This document shows positions 8,754 through 18,577 of a stretch of DNA of 54,351 bases, in pieces (the first letter of the stretch is position 1; every line of letters begins with the position of its first letter). A model generated the notes under the pieces. It was given only the letters and a program-made list of their open reading frames with translations, was not told where the DNA came from and did no database searches. A program made the translations under genes and the position numbers. Source of the stretch: a virus; the IMG/VR virus record IMGVR_UViG_3300045988_082110, positions 1 through 54,351 of that record. One strand, written 5' to 3'.

Positions 8754-9409
8754 TGGTAGAATATGCTGTATCTGATTTAGTGAAAGAGGTGAAGGTGCTC
8801 TTGGATAGAAACCAAGAGTCTGCTGGCTTGCTGGCTCCTGACGATTCTGATACACTCTCGCAAGCAGAACTTATTGAGAGTAAAATCGTAGATGCAGCAA
8901 GAATCATTCTTTCGGATGCTCCTGAGGATATGGTGGAAGGTACTGCGTGTACGAATGCTGTAACGTGGACGGATAGCAACGGCTATTACGTGGGTAAGAT
9001 GGTTTTGCCTACCGATATGCTGAGAATCCTTTCTGTGAAGGCAGAAGGCTGGAACCGTCCTGCCGAAATCATTTCAGAGAGTGATGATGCCTACAAGTAT
9101 CAGAACTGCAAATATGGAGTTAGGGGAAATCCTGAGCGACCGATTGCGGCTATCGTGCATACGGCTAACGGCAAGAGTATCGAACTATATACTAGTAAAA
9201 AGCAGGATGCTACATTGGCATTCATCTATGTTCAGGTTCCATCTATCACTACCGAACAGAAAATCAGTCTGCCTTCCGTCCTGAAAGATGCCATCTTATA
9301 CATGGCTGGCTATCTCACTTGTAACAGCCTTGGCGATACCGATACTGCAAGCGGATTCCTTGGAGTGGCTAGAAAGTTGGCACATATTGTTGAACCTACA
9401 ACATCATAA
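8753..9409 (+). CDS. Hypothetical virion protein (possible head completion/connector)
   Basis: ORF track. Its start overlaps the previous stop and it lies between the capsid and portal genes. Confidence 0.55.
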   Translation: MVEYAVSDLVKEVKVLLDRNQESAGLLAPDDSDTLSQAELIESKIVDAARIILSDAPEDMVEGTACTNAVTWTDSNGYYVGKMVLPTDMLRILSVKAEGWNRPAEIISESDDAYKYQNCKYGVRGNPERPIAAIVHTANGKSIELYTSKKQDATLAFIYVQVPSITTEQKISLPSVLKDAILYMAGYLTCNSLGDTDTASGFLGVARKLAHIVEPTTS

Positions 9410-9412
9410 ATT

Positions 9413-11449
9413 ATGGCAAAGAAGAAAGAAGAAACCAAACTGCTATCGTTGAGTAGGGTACTTGACAAGGAAGAACTGGATAGCGTGAAGGCATCCAAGA
9501 ACCGATTTGACAAGCCATACGAGCGTGCCTTCTCTATATTGCTAGAGGCTCAACGATACTACAACAACATGGATAACTTCCGAAAGCGAAGACTGAGAAA
9601 CAAGCGATACTGCTATGGAGACCAGTGGGGCGATACCATTGAGTTCAAAAGCAAGTGTGGCTTTACCAAGCGTATCAGGGAGGAAGACTATATTCGTGAG
9701 CAGGGTAGCGAACCATTGAAGAACAACCTTATCCGTAGATTGGTGAAGAATGTGCTGGGTGTGTATCGCTCTCAGAGCAAGGAACCAACATGTAACGCTA
9801 GAGATAAGGATGAAAAGCGATATGGTGAGACCATGAGCGTGGTGCTGCAATGTAACCGACAACTGAACCGAGAGACGGAACTGGATGCCCGAACCATGGA
9901 AGAGTTCCTGATAAGCGGTGCTGCTATCTATAAGAAAAAGTATGGATGGCGAAGAGGTAGGTTGGATTGCTGGACGGACTACGTAAACCCGAACAATTTC
10001 TTCATAGACAACAATATGATGGATTTCCGTGGTTGGGACGTGAGTTGCTTGGGTGAGGTGCATGACATTAGCATCGGCAACGTGCTGAGAGAGTTTGCCA
10101 AGTCTCCTGCTGAGGCTCGTAAGTTGAAGGAGATATACCGGTTGGCGGCTAACCGAGATTTCGTGATTGCAGACTGCACCCAGCGATTCGGTGAGTTCGA
10201 CCCTAAGACCATCGACTTTATGAATCCTGCCAACCCTTCGCTCTGTCGAGTGATTGAGGTTTGGCGAAAGGAGAGTAAGCCAAGATACCGATGCCACGAC
10301 TACAACAATGGCGATGATTTCAAGATTGATATTGAGGATAAGGCTGATATTGTAGATGCAGAGAACAGAGACAGAATCAGGCGAGGTATGGCTGCTGGTA
10401 TGCTGGAAGAGGATATTCCTCTGATTGATGCCGAGTGGTTTATGGATGATTACTGGCATTTCTACTACCTTTCTCCTTTCGGTGATATTCTGAGAGAAGG
10501 CGAGACCCCTTATGCTCATGGTGAGCATCCGTACTGCTTTAAGTTCTATCCGTTTATTGATGGCGAGATTCACAGCTTCGTGGAAGACGTGATTGACCAG
10601 CAGAGATACGTGAACCGACTTATTACGATGTATGACTTCATTATGAGGGCGAGTGCCAAGGGTGTGCTGCTCTGTCCTGAGGATTGTCTGCCTGATGATA
10701 TGAGTTGGGATGATTTCTGCGATGAGTGGAGTAGATTCAATGGTGTGGTGAGATACAAGCCAAACAAGAGCGGTCAGGTTCCTCAGCAAGTAGCGAATAA
10801 CTCTACGAACATCGGTATCGGTGATTTGCTCAGCTATCAGTTGAAGTTCTTCGAGGATATATCGGGAGTGAATGGTGCGCTGCAAGGAAAACCAGGACTA
10901 TCAGGTACGAGCGGTTCGCTTTATGCTCAGCAGACACAGAATGCTACCATGTCGCTGCTTGATATTTTGGAGACTTTCAGCCAGTTTATCATTGATGGTG
11001 CTTACAAGACCGTGAAGAATATGCAGCAGTACTACGATGTGGCTCGCAACTTCAATATTGTTGGTAGGGCAGGACAGATTGTACACTACGACCCTAAGAA
11101 GATTAGAGACGTGGAGTTTGACATCAACATCACGGAAAGTACAGCTACTCCTGTATACAGGCAGATGGCGAATGAGTTCCTTATGACCTTGTGGCAGAAT
11201 CAGGCTATCACGCTGGAGCAGTTGCTGCAAGTAGGAGATTTCCCATTTGGAGAGGAGTTGCTGCAATCGGTTGCATCCAACCAGCAAGCCATTCAGAATG
11301 GTGAGACTCCACAAGGATTCTCTCCTCAGCTTCAAGCCCAAGTTGCTCAGGCATCACAGAGCAATCCGAAGGCTCAGGCTATGTTGCAGCAGATGATGAG
11401 CGGTCAGGGGGTGAGTCCTGACGGGCAGAACCCACCGCTTGCTGCTTAG
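9413..11449 (+). CDS. Portal protein
   Basis: 678 aa. The N-terminal YYNNMDNFRKRRLRNKRYCYGDQWGD motif is typical of portals. The C-terminus is Gln-rich. Confidence 0.8.
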   Translation: MAKKKEETKLLSLSRVLDKEELDSVKASKNRFDKPYERAFSILLEAQRYYNNMDNFRKRRLRNKRYCYGDQWGDTIEFKSKCGFTKRIREEDYIREQGSEPLKNNLIRRLVKNVLGVYRSQSKEPTCNARDKDEKRYGETMSVVLQCNRQLNRETELDARTMEEFLISGAAIYKKKYGWRRGRLDCWTDYVNPNNFFIDNNMMDFRGWDVSCLGEVHDISIGNVLREFAKSPAEARKLKEIYRLAANRDFVIADCTQRFGEFDPKTIDFMNPANPSLCRVIEVWRKESKPRYRCHDYNNGDDFKIDIEDKADIVDAENRDRIRRGMAAGMLEEDIPLIDAEWFMDDYWHFYYLSPFGDILREGETPYAHGEHPYCFKFYPFIDGEIHSFVEDVIDQQRYVNRLITMYDFIMRASAKGVLLCPEDCLPDDMSWDDFCDEWSRFNGVVRYKPNKSGQVPQQVANNSTNIGIGDLLSYQLKFFEDISGVNGALQGKPGLSGTSGSLYAQQTQNATMSLLDILETFSQFIIDGAYKTVKNMQQYYDVARNFNIVGRAGQIVHYDPKKIRDVEFDINITESTATPVYRQMANEFLMTLWQNQAITLEQLLQVGDFPFGEELLQSVASNQQAIQNGETPQGFSPQLQAQVAQASQSNPKAQAMLQQMMSGQGVSPDGQNPPLAA

Positions 11450-11479
11450 TTTATAGTTAATAGTTAATTGTTTATAGTT

Positions 11480-11701
11480 ATGATTGCAGACAAACCAAGT
11501 GACAAGGAATGGTATGGCAATGGGAAACCTGATGCCAGCCAAGGTGGCAACCCGAATGGTGGTGTTGCTTCAGAGACCCAAGGTAGGGAGAATAAGCCCG
11601 AACTTTACGAGAATGACGTTATCGGAAAGGTGGCGAAACGCAAGAAAAACGACATCTGGACGAGGGGTGGAGAAAAGAGAACTAAATTTAAGGACGAATA
11701 A
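11480..11701 (+). CDS. Small virion-associated protein that shares motifs with the capsid N-terminus and the scaffold C-terminus
   Basis: The track ORF starts at TTG 11468; the first ATG is 11480. It has SETQGRE (11570-11590) and DIWTRGGEKRT (11651-11683). Confidence 0.5.
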   Translation: MIADKPSDKEWYGNGKPDASQGGNPNGGVASETQGRENKPELYENDVIGKVAKRKKNDIWTRGGEKRTKFKDE

Positions 11702-11796
11702 AGAAAGGAGGTGTTTTTATCGTAACTGTATTTGTCTGATATTCAGATAGCTACAGAAATATCTACGAGTTTATGGTGCTGCGTTTAAGATTTGCC

Positions 11797-11804
11797 TATC
11801 TTTG
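11797..11804 (+). promoter_or_regulatory. -7 box TATCTTTG
   Basis: Perfect TAnnTTTG, 31 nt before ATG 11835. There is no AACGGATAA 24 nt upstream. Confidence 0.5.
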
Positions 11805-11834
11805 CAGCATCATAAACTTTTAAATTATATAGGT

Positions 11835-12320
11835 ATGAATTTCGTAGAGTTTGTAGAAAAGTATCAGCAGGAAATGGCTCCTGAACAGATGTTGGCTATA
11901 GCTAAGGCAGTCGGCAAGTATCTCTCATGCAAGTTGAGCGATGTGGAGGAACATCATCTTTGTGCGATGGTGTATGGTGTGTTGAGCGAAGAGCATTTTG
12001 ATAAGCACTTTGCCGATGATGCTATCAGCAAGATGTGGTATGAGGATGCGGACGGAAACAAGCATACGGCTCCTTTCTTCTCGGATGATGAGATAAGAGA
12101 AGCCTTTGACAAGCATCAGGATGATATTTCTGACTATACCATCCATGATTTGGCTGTGACTATGAACCTGATGAGAAGTGACCATCATGTGATGCTGGAG
12201 CGATATAGCAAAGATGCTGATGAGTTGAAGGAAATGGTGGTTTTGATGGCTATCGAGTATCTGCAAGACCCTGACTGCTTGCATCCTACCAGCAAAATAT
12301 GGCACACAATAAACGGATAA
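11835..12320 (+). CDS. Hypothetical protein, paralogue-like to 52468..52896
   Basis: The ATG is MNFVEFVEKYQQ. It shares the pattern HF..(D/K)....MWY/LMY ... D.D with the 152-aa ORF at 52438. Confidence 0.55.
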   Translation: MNFVEFVEKYQQEMAPEQMLAIAKAVGKYLSCKLSDVEEHHLCAMVYGVLSEEHFDKHFADDAISKMWYEDADGNKHTAPFFSDDEIREAFDKHQDDISDYTIHDLAVTMNLMRSDHHVMLERYSKDADELKEMVVLMAIEYLQDPDCLHPTSKIWHTING

Positions 12321-12352
12321 AGTAACTAATTGGGAATCATTTCTTATCTTTG
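12312..12352 (+). promoter_or_regulatory. Late-type promoter: AACGGATAA-N24-TATCTTTG (lysis cassette)
   Basis: The 9-mer at 12312-12320 overlaps the stop codon of the previous gene. Exactly 24 nt follow, then the box at 12345-12352. Confidence 0.65.
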
Positions 12353-12388
12353 CATATTATTAATGTTAATAGTATAAAAAGATAAGTT

Positions 12389-12652
12389 ATGACTCCAAAC
12401 GTGCGTGAAGGATTGCAATATGGTACAGCCATTGGAATGGTAGTGAGCGGCATCGTCCTCGCCTTCCTATCATTCTTTCTGAACAACTATATTATTTCGG
12501 ATGGTGTGCTCTGGTACATCAGCCAAGCGTTGGTTTACTCTGGAGCAATATTCGGGGTGAACATTTATTTCAAGACAAAACTAGGCAACTTTGAGAGCAA
12601 GGTGAAGGATGAACTCGCAAGTATGCTGAAACAAGTGAAGGAGGGCAAGTAA
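12389..12652 (+). CDS. Holin (87 aa, two TM helices)
   Basis: Two hydrophobic helices and a charged C-terminus, immediately upstream of the endolysin. Confidence 0.65.
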   Translation: MTPNVREGLQYGTAIGMVVSGIVLAFLSFFLNNYIISDGVLWYISQALVYSGAIFGVNIYFKTKLGNFESKVKDELASMLKQVKEGK

Positions 12653-12653
12653 T

Positions 12654-13202
12654 ATGAAGGTAACAAGAGAACAGATTTTGGAGATTATGCCGAATGCCAA
12701 GGATAAGGTGGATGCGTTCCTACCTTATATCAATGGCTATGCAGAGGTGTTCCATATTGATACCCCTAAGCGTATGGCTCACTTCTTGGCTCAGATTGCA
12801 CATGAGAGTGGTGAACTGAGATATACCAAGGAACTCGGCAACAAGTACTACTTCCACAGGTATGATGTGGGCAAGTTGAAAAATATGCTCGGCAACCTGA
12901 AAGATGGCGATGGCTACAAGTATCGTGGCAGGGGCTTGATTCAGATTACTGGCAGAGCCAACTATCAGGCTTATCAGAACAGCAAATATTGTACTGGTGA
13001 CATCATGGAGAGCCCTCAGTTGCTGGAGCTTCCGCTAGGAGCAACGAAGAGTGCTATGTGGTGGTGGTGGAAACATGACCTGAACAAACTTGCTGATAGT
13101 GATAGTTTCCTTGCTATTACCAAAACAATCAATGGTGGAACCAACGGTTTGGAATCAAGACGGAAGTTCCTTACAAGAGCAAAGAAGGTCTTTAATGTTT
13201 AG
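12654..13202 (+). CDS. Endolysin, glycoside hydrolase family 19 (chitinase-like)
   Basis: AHFLAQIAHESGELRYTKE, YRGRGLIQITGRANYQAY and INGGTNGLESRRKF are GH19 lysozyme signatures. Confidence 0.85.
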   Translation: MKVTREQILEIMPNAKDKVDAFLPYINGYAEVFHIDTPKRMAHFLAQIAHESGELRYTKELGNKYYFHRYDVGKLKNMLGNLKDGDGYKYRGRGLIQITGRANYQAYQNSKYCTGDIMESPQLLELPLGATKSAMWWWWKHDLNKLADSDSFLAITKTINGGTNGLESRRKFLTRAKKVFNV

Positions 13203-13205
13203 CCT

Positions 13206-13739
13206 ATGAAAGTAAAATGGTACGATACTGATTTTTGGCAAGTGGCACTCTACGTGATTGGCATCTTGCTGGTGGCATTTTTTCTGTCGGGATGCAAGTC
13301 TTCGTTCCACACTATGAAACCAGAAGTTTCACACTATGAAACTGATAGTTTCACGTCTGAAACAAAACAGAACGTCCTGAGGTGGGATTCTATCGTTAAG
13401 CGTGACAGCATCTATGTAATGGATAGTGTGGCAACAAGGAAAGAGGGAGATACCATCTTCGTAGAGCGATGGCATTGGGAATATATCTATGATTTCTTCA
13501 AACTGGAGAAGATGAACTTGGAGAATAAGCAGGATATGGATTTCCGATTTATCGCAAGGTCAGATACCATCAGGGTTCCCTATCCAGTTGAAAAACAACT
13601 CTCCAAGTGGGAGCAGTTTCAGTTGAAGTATGCAGTATGGTCTTTTGGAGCACTCTGCATGCTGTTAATCGTATTAGGTTATAAACTCTATAAAAAGATA
13701 AAGAATGGCAAATTTCACATTAACAATCACGAAAAGTGA
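13206..13739 (+). CDS. Unimolecular spanin candidate (N-terminal lipoprotein signal plus C-terminal TM)
   Basis: Lipobox FLSGC (Cys30) and a C-terminal TM, YAVWSFGALCMLLIVLGYKLY. It lies directly after the endolysin. Confidence 0.6.
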   Translation: MKVKWYDTDFWQVALYVIGILLVAFFLSGCKSSFHTMKPEVSHYETDSFTSETKQNVLRWDSIVKRDSIYVMDSVATRKEGDTIFVERWHWEYIYDFFKLEKMNLENKQDMDFRFIARSDTIRVPYPVEKQLSKWEQFQLKYAVWSFGALCMLLIVLGYKLYKKIKNGKFHINNHEK

Positions 13740-14154
13740 CATCTATGAGGAGGTGGCAAAGACTACTGCCTACTTAGGAGGAAAGAACTTGGATAAAAAC
13801 GGGAAAAGTCTGTATGACCAAGTGTTTGTGACGGAAGCTGATAGAGAAATGCTGGAAGGCTTTTGGGAAGATTCCATTGATGATGTTTCCGTAGCCTTGG
13901 AGAGTATTCTTGGATGGCAGAAGTGTGAATCAGGCAGCAACGAGGTCTTTGGTCTGAGAGTAAGCAGCCTTTTTAATGAGAGTTTATTTAAGACCTTAGA
14001 ATCAACGGTTTTTAGTTATGTAGTCAACAAAATAGTAGCAGAATGGTGCTCAGTAGTCTATAAGGATAAGGTAGAAGACTATCTCTCCAAGGCAAACGTT
14101 TTGCTGCTAAAAATTGACGCAATCATTTATACACGTAAAAGACCAACGAGATAG
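13705..14154 (+). CDS. Hypothetical virion protein (149 aa)
   Basis: ORF track. It overlaps the spanin end by 35 nt. No motif recognised. Confidence 0.5.
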   Translation: MANFTLTITKSDIYEEVAKTTAYLGGKNLDKNGKSLYDQVFVTEADREMLEGFWEDSIDDVSVALESILGWQKCESGSNEVFGLRVSSLFNESLFKTLESTVFSYVVNKIVAEWCSVVYKDKVEDYLSKANVLLLKIDAIIYTRKRPTR

Positions 14155-14165
14155 GAGGATAGGAT

Positions 14166-14714
14166 ATGAGGTATTGTAATAAAGGATATAAAGTGATGAT
14201 AGAGTTGGAAAAGAATGAGTTGGTATATGACATCAAGAATACTGCTTTTTCTTTTGCTGACTCTTATTCCAAGCAGAAAGGTATAGATGCCAAACAATTA
14301 AAGAATGTGTTTGATGTGTCAGAGGAAGGAAACAGAGATAAGTTAGCAAGGATTCTAGACTCAGCAGTAGAGGATTGCAGAGAAATGCTTTTCCGCTTCA
14401 CCAAGGTGGAAATGCTTGGTGGCGGCTTTGATTCCAACGAATGGGAAGAGTGCATAGGCTCGCCTACCAACGAGGAGGATGCCTATTACTTGGCGATGAG
14501 GATGCCGCAAGGTTTCTCGAAAACAAGTGTACATACCATGACCGTCTACTTGCATGACTACATCGTGAACCAATGCCTTTACGAATGGTTAATGATTGTG
14601 TTTCCTGATGGTGCTGATAGATTCTGGGCACTCGCTGAGGATAAAAAACAGAAGATTAAGGATGCAAGCAACCGCTCGGCTGTTAGAGCAAGAATCAGGT
14701 TGCATCCATTTTAG
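14166..14714 (+). CDS. Hypothetical virion protein (182 aa)
   Basis: ORF track. There is a GGAGG 9 nt upstream of the ATG. It is the last gene before a convergent terminator. Confidence 0.5.
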   Translation: MRYCNKGYKVMIELEKNELVYDIKNTAFSFADSYSKQKGIDAKQLKNVFDVSEEGNRDKLARILDSAVEDCREMLFRFTKVEMLGGGFDSNEWEECIGSPTNEEDAYYLAMRMPQGFSKTSVHTMTVYLHDYIVNQCLYEWLMIVFPDGADRFWALAEDKKQKIKDASNRSAVRARIRLHPF

Positions 14715-14740
14715 GTTAGTCGTTTAAGACTAGATAAAGC

Positions 14741-14778
14741 AAGGGTAGCTATCCATCACGGACTGCTACCCTTTATTG
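14741..14778. terminator. Bidirectional hairpin between convergent operons
   Basis: AAGGGTAGC-15 nt-GCTACCCTT followed by TATTG. Confidence 0.55.
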
Positions 14779-14810
14779 TATTGAATGACAAACTTAATAT
14801 TTATCTAAGT

Positions 14811-15653
14811 TTATGTTCCACTAGACGTGGACTCCTGCTTGGTAGTTACCGAACCAGTAACAGCAGCATTAATATTGATACTCTCAGGCAAGGTCTTGAC
14901 ATTAACATCTGTAGATGCCAGCTTCAATCCGTTCTTCTGCCGGTCGGCATACTGATTCTTATCCTGAGCGATAAAGTTGTTGATAGCTGTAGCTATGTTG
15001 TAGAGCAGTTTATCGGTATCGCTACTAAGTGAATCAGAATCAACTGATGCGTACTTGTTGTTCTCAACGGTTGCCGATGTTGTCTCCTTCTCACGATACA
15101 GAACTGCCTGATTGATGAACTCCTGAGCAAACAAGAATGACTTGCTTACAAGTTGCTTAATCTTGGTGTTGTCTATATTGAGCGGATTTTCATACTTCTG
15201 TAGCATAGACTGCAAGCAACTTGCGGCTACTTCTTCTCTAGGCTGTAGGGTAGCGATGGAGAAGATTTCCTCTTCTTTTCCGCTTTCCTCTGTTCCACCT
15301 GTCTCTGATGCGGTAGCTATTCCGTATCTAGGGAATGGGCGAGCATTTGATGTTCCATCAGATGAGGTTTCTCTGACGAGTTTCGTTCCAGTTGTCTTTG
15401 TGATGTTGGAGTCTACAATATAGGCAACACCTACTTTAGTTTTATTCAGATTATAGAGATTTCCGTCTGAGTCGAAATAGAACAACCGGTATAAGTTGTT
15501 GTTGAATATCACATATCCCATGTACATATTTGTACCTAAAGGATAAATGTTGATACATGTGGATAGAACTATCTTGTCATCTATTTTCGTTCCCAAGGAT
15601 GCACCTTGCTCAACCTTGTATTTATCGAAGTCGGTTAATGTATATTCTGCCAT
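14811..15653 (-). CDS. Hypothetical virion protein (280 aa)
   Basis: ORF track. Its start abuts the stop of the 997-aa ORF. Confidence 0.55.
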   Translation of the reverse strand: MAEYTLTDFDKYKVEQGASLGTKIDDKIVLSTCINIYPLGTNMYMGYVIFNNNLYRLFYFDSDGNLYNLNKTKVGVAYIVDSNITKTTGTKLVRETSSDGTSNARPFPRYGIATASETGGTEESGKEEEIFSIATLQPREEVAASCLQSMLQKYENPLNIDNTKIKQLVSKSFLFAQEFINQAVLYREKETTSATVENNKYASVDSDSLSSDTDKLLYNIATAINNFIAQDKNQYADRQKNGLKLASTDVNVKTLPESININAAVTGSVTTKQESTSSGT

Positions 15654-15655
15654 AA

Positions 15656-18577
15656 TTATCTGAGTTTATTTTGTAATCTTGTTTGGAATTCTGTAGATAG
15701 TGCGCTGATAGATTCTTTTGGGGCAAGGCTGCCCATAAGCGCAAGCCTGAAATATTTGTATGGAGAACCAACAAGGTTTCTGAGATACATATTAACAGAA
15801 GAACCAGCGTAATACCAATTAACCAAATCATTACTTCCGAACAGAACCATTCCACACTTTCCTGCCTGAACGCTGCCTAAATATCCTCTTGTGATGCAAT
15901 CAAACATGGTCTTATAGGCATCCTGACCAAGCGTTAAAGGACGGCTGCAAAGGAAGAATGGAACATTTTCTGTTGGTTCCTTCACGTACACATCAAGTAT
16001 GTTTCCTGCTTTGTCTGTAGCGAATGGCTCAGGATATATGTTTACTCGCTTGTTGAAGACATTGTGCATGGTTCCCCACATATTGCTTTTCAAAGAGTAA
16101 ACGTAAGCATAAGTATAATTCGGATTGAACACGATGATACGGCTATCGTAATAGTCGTAAATCATGCCAGCTTCTTCGAGATACTTACGGAAACGGACAT
16201 ATTTCACATCTGACTCAGGAATATTACCTAGCGCAAGGAGTTTATTCGGATAGGTCTTATCCTTTGTTGAATGTGAATAAATGGATAGAAAATCGAAAGG
16301 ATAATCATCCAGCACATCGGTAATGCTCTCAGATTCTCGCCCTCGCTGCATCATGATGCCTCGCTCGGTAGGGTACAGAACGGCATCATCAATCTGCAAA
16401 ATGCCCTTCGGGTTGGAGCAAATATCTCTATTGGCTGGCTGTCGGGCAATATAGGTTCCTTCATCGCCCAGCATCAGCACCCACACACCTTCATCTGTAA
16501 AGGCATAGAGAGGAGCATCACCAAACTGACCTTCGCTGATTGGTCGTGTATTGGCTGCCATTGCACTAACGATGGAGGAGCCAACCTGAACACTATTCTT
16601 TGCAGGGAAGACAAGTGGGTTCTCAGCTTCACTTACTTTTATTACGTTTGGGTGCTGTGTGACATATTTCTGGCTCACGACATTACTTAAAACTGCATCG
16701 TATTCTTCCTTGGTTATCTCTATGAAGTCACCAGTATCTATCGGTGTATTGTCCCAATAATATGAAGATGAAATTACCGTTCCACTTTGATTTCCAAAAC
16801 TACCACCTTCAAAACCTTCTGCTCTTGTTGTTCCACTAGATGAATCCTTTTTTAGGAGTTTGTGGCGGTATATTTGCATGAAAGCAGGAAGACCAGCATC
16901 ATCGTGATAGAGGTACATGTAATCAGACAACTCTGATTTTTCCTCCTCTGTAGGTGCATCAACCCTTCCTCCAAATCCTTCATTTTCCAAAGAATTGGAA
17001 GATTGTCTATCAGCTGCGGTAGGAGTAGTACGATTCTTACTAATGTTGATATAGTAAGACATTCCAAATGTTTCGGAAGGTTTCAGATTTACTCTCTTTG
17101 AGTAATATTTGTTATACTTCGGTAAGTGGAAATAGATAGTCATTGCCGTGGCAAGCGTACTAGGATATGCCAAGATAGGGCAGATAGGATATTGTAGTTT
17201 GCCCTTATGGTATATATCTCGCTTGATGCTATTTTCGCTGATGCTTACCTTGAAGACTGCATCACAAATATAATCAGTGGTAGCGGTACTGCTTTCTGTA
17301 ACATCTACATACTCATTTAAGCATAGTTGTGTATTTGAAACTTTTCTCTTGGAGAAAATATCTGTATCGAAAGCATTATATATGGTCTTCTTTACGTTTC
17401 CTATATGCAATCGGTTGTTGTATGTTATAGCACACTTTCCTCCAAAAGAGTCTCGCTTGAAGTCTGCCAAAGAAATACTTTCTTCTGTCTGTAAAACTCG
17501 TTTGAGTTGTATATCTGTACCTAGCTTTTCCTTGTTGATACTGGTACTAAGATAGAAGGATTTGTTTTCAAACGACTGGTAAACATCTTCCTCTGACAGA
17601 TATTGGAAGGCATCACAATTAACTCCTGATGCCATCTTGCTGTTCCAAAGAAAACATTTGTATCGTGAAATACCTCTTGTTCTTTTCTCTGTATCAATAA
17701 AAGATTCAGGCTGGGACAGGTAAACATCTACACCAAGAATGAGGTCTTCCAAACCTTTGGGTATATCCATGCTAACGTTGATGGTGTGGGTGTGAAGGCT
17801 TGTGCTTGTTCCTACAGATTTCTTTTCCTGATACCAGATGAACTTATTGAATGATGTTTCAGGTGCAAGAATGAATGGATTAGATATATTGATGTGTGAG
17901 GTTCCATCATATAACTTGATAGCCAATACTCCAAAAACCGTATATTTGAAGTATTCCTTGCCTTTTTCGTTTAGTCGTTTGTTGATAAGTGCATCGAATG
18001 CGTTGAATATGATAGATGCGCCTTTGAGAGAAGTATCTACGTTATTATTAAAGTGTCTGTTCGTCTCAAAAGCATTATCCCAATCATCGCCAAGGTTGGT
18101 TGATACATCACATTTCTCAGACTTAACATTGGTGATTGTTGCACTATAGCTAAGTGAAGAAAGGTCGAAACTTGTGTAGTTGCTACCTTTCCAATATGCG
18201 TACATTGTTTTCTCGTCACCTATGAAACATAAGATATTGCCAACTGCTGTAACGGCATTGACGTGGAATCCGTTTAAGTCGATGGTGTTCTTGGTTCCGT
18301 CTCCACCTTTCTCCATCCAGTACCAAGTATCATCTGATTTACGGATGATGTAGTGAGAGTGAATCGCTTCATCGTGTGTTACCTTATGCACCAGTTCGAT
18401 GGTATCTCCTGCATCCAGCGTGATGTTCTGTTCTGCTACTACTGGCTGCTGGATAGGGTGGAGTGCTCCATCCTCGTTGATGAGGTTGAGGCAGGTTGCC
18501 AACTCACCATCCTGACAATCGTAGTCGGATGGAGAGTGAGTAAGCCCTTTGAGTATTACTTCTTGTCTTGTTGCCAT
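15656..18577 (-). CDS. Large virion structural protein (about 973 aa; tail/adaptor class suspected)
   Basis: I moved the start to MATRQEVILKGL (ATG 18577) to limit overlap with the upstream ORF. The call rests on size and position in a late-promoter operon. No catalytic motif recognised. Confidence 0.6.
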   Translation of the reverse strand: MATRQEVILKGLTHSPSDYDCQDGELATCLNLINEDGALHPIQQPVVAEQNITLDAGDTIELVHKVTHDEAIHSHYIIRKSDDTWYWMEKGGDGTKNTIDLNGFHVNAVTAVGNILCFIGDEKTMYAYWKGSNYTSFDLSSLSYSATITNVKSEKCDVSTNLGDDWDNAFETNRHFNNNVDTSLKGASIIFNAFDALINKRLNEKGKEYFKYTVFGVLAIKLYDGTSHINISNPFILAPETSFNKFIWYQEKKSVGTSTSLHTHTINVSMDIPKGLEDLILGVDVYLSQPESFIDTEKRTRGISRYKCFLWNSKMASGVNCDAFQYLSEEDVYQSFENKSFYLSTSINKEKLGTDIQLKRVLQTEESISLADFKRDSFGGKCAITYNNRLHIGNVKKTIYNAFDTDIFSKRKVSNTQLCLNEYVDVTESSTATTDYICDAVFKVSISENSIKRDIYHKGKLQYPICPILAYPSTLATAMTIYFHLPKYNKYYSKRVNLKPSETFGMSYYINISKNRTTPTAADRQSSNSLENEGFGGRVDAPTEEEKSELSDYMYLYHDDAGLPAFMQIYRHKLLKKDSSSGTTRAEGFEGGSFGNQSGTVISSSYYWDNTPIDTGDFIEITKEEYDAVLSNVVSQKYVTQHPNVIKVSEAENPLVFPAKNSVQVGSSIVSAMAANTRPISEGQFGDAPLYAFTDEGVWVLMLGDEGTYIARQPANRDICSNPKGILQIDDAVLYPTERGIMMQRGRESESITDVLDDYPFDFLSIYSHSTKDKTYPNKLLALGNIPESDVKYVRFRKYLEEAGMIYDYYDSRIIVFNPNYTYAYVYSLKSNMWGTMHNVFNKRVNIYPEPFATDKAGNILDVYVKEPTENVPFFLCSRPLTLGQDAYKTMFDCITRGYLGSVQAGKCGMVLFGSNDLVNWYYAGSSVNMYLRNLVGSPYKYFRLALMGSLAPKESISALSTEFQTRLQNKLR

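Noticed and set aside
9542-10885. 447-aa minus-strand ORF covering the portal gene
   Set aside because: It is an antisense shadow of the portal ORF, with no start context, promoter or recognisable motif.
13200-13208. The endolysin TAG stop is in frame with the downstream spanin ORF (possible read-through fusion)
   Set aside because: An in-frame neighbour has a one-in-three chance expectation. The spanin also needs a free N-terminal lipoprotein signal, which a fusion would bury.
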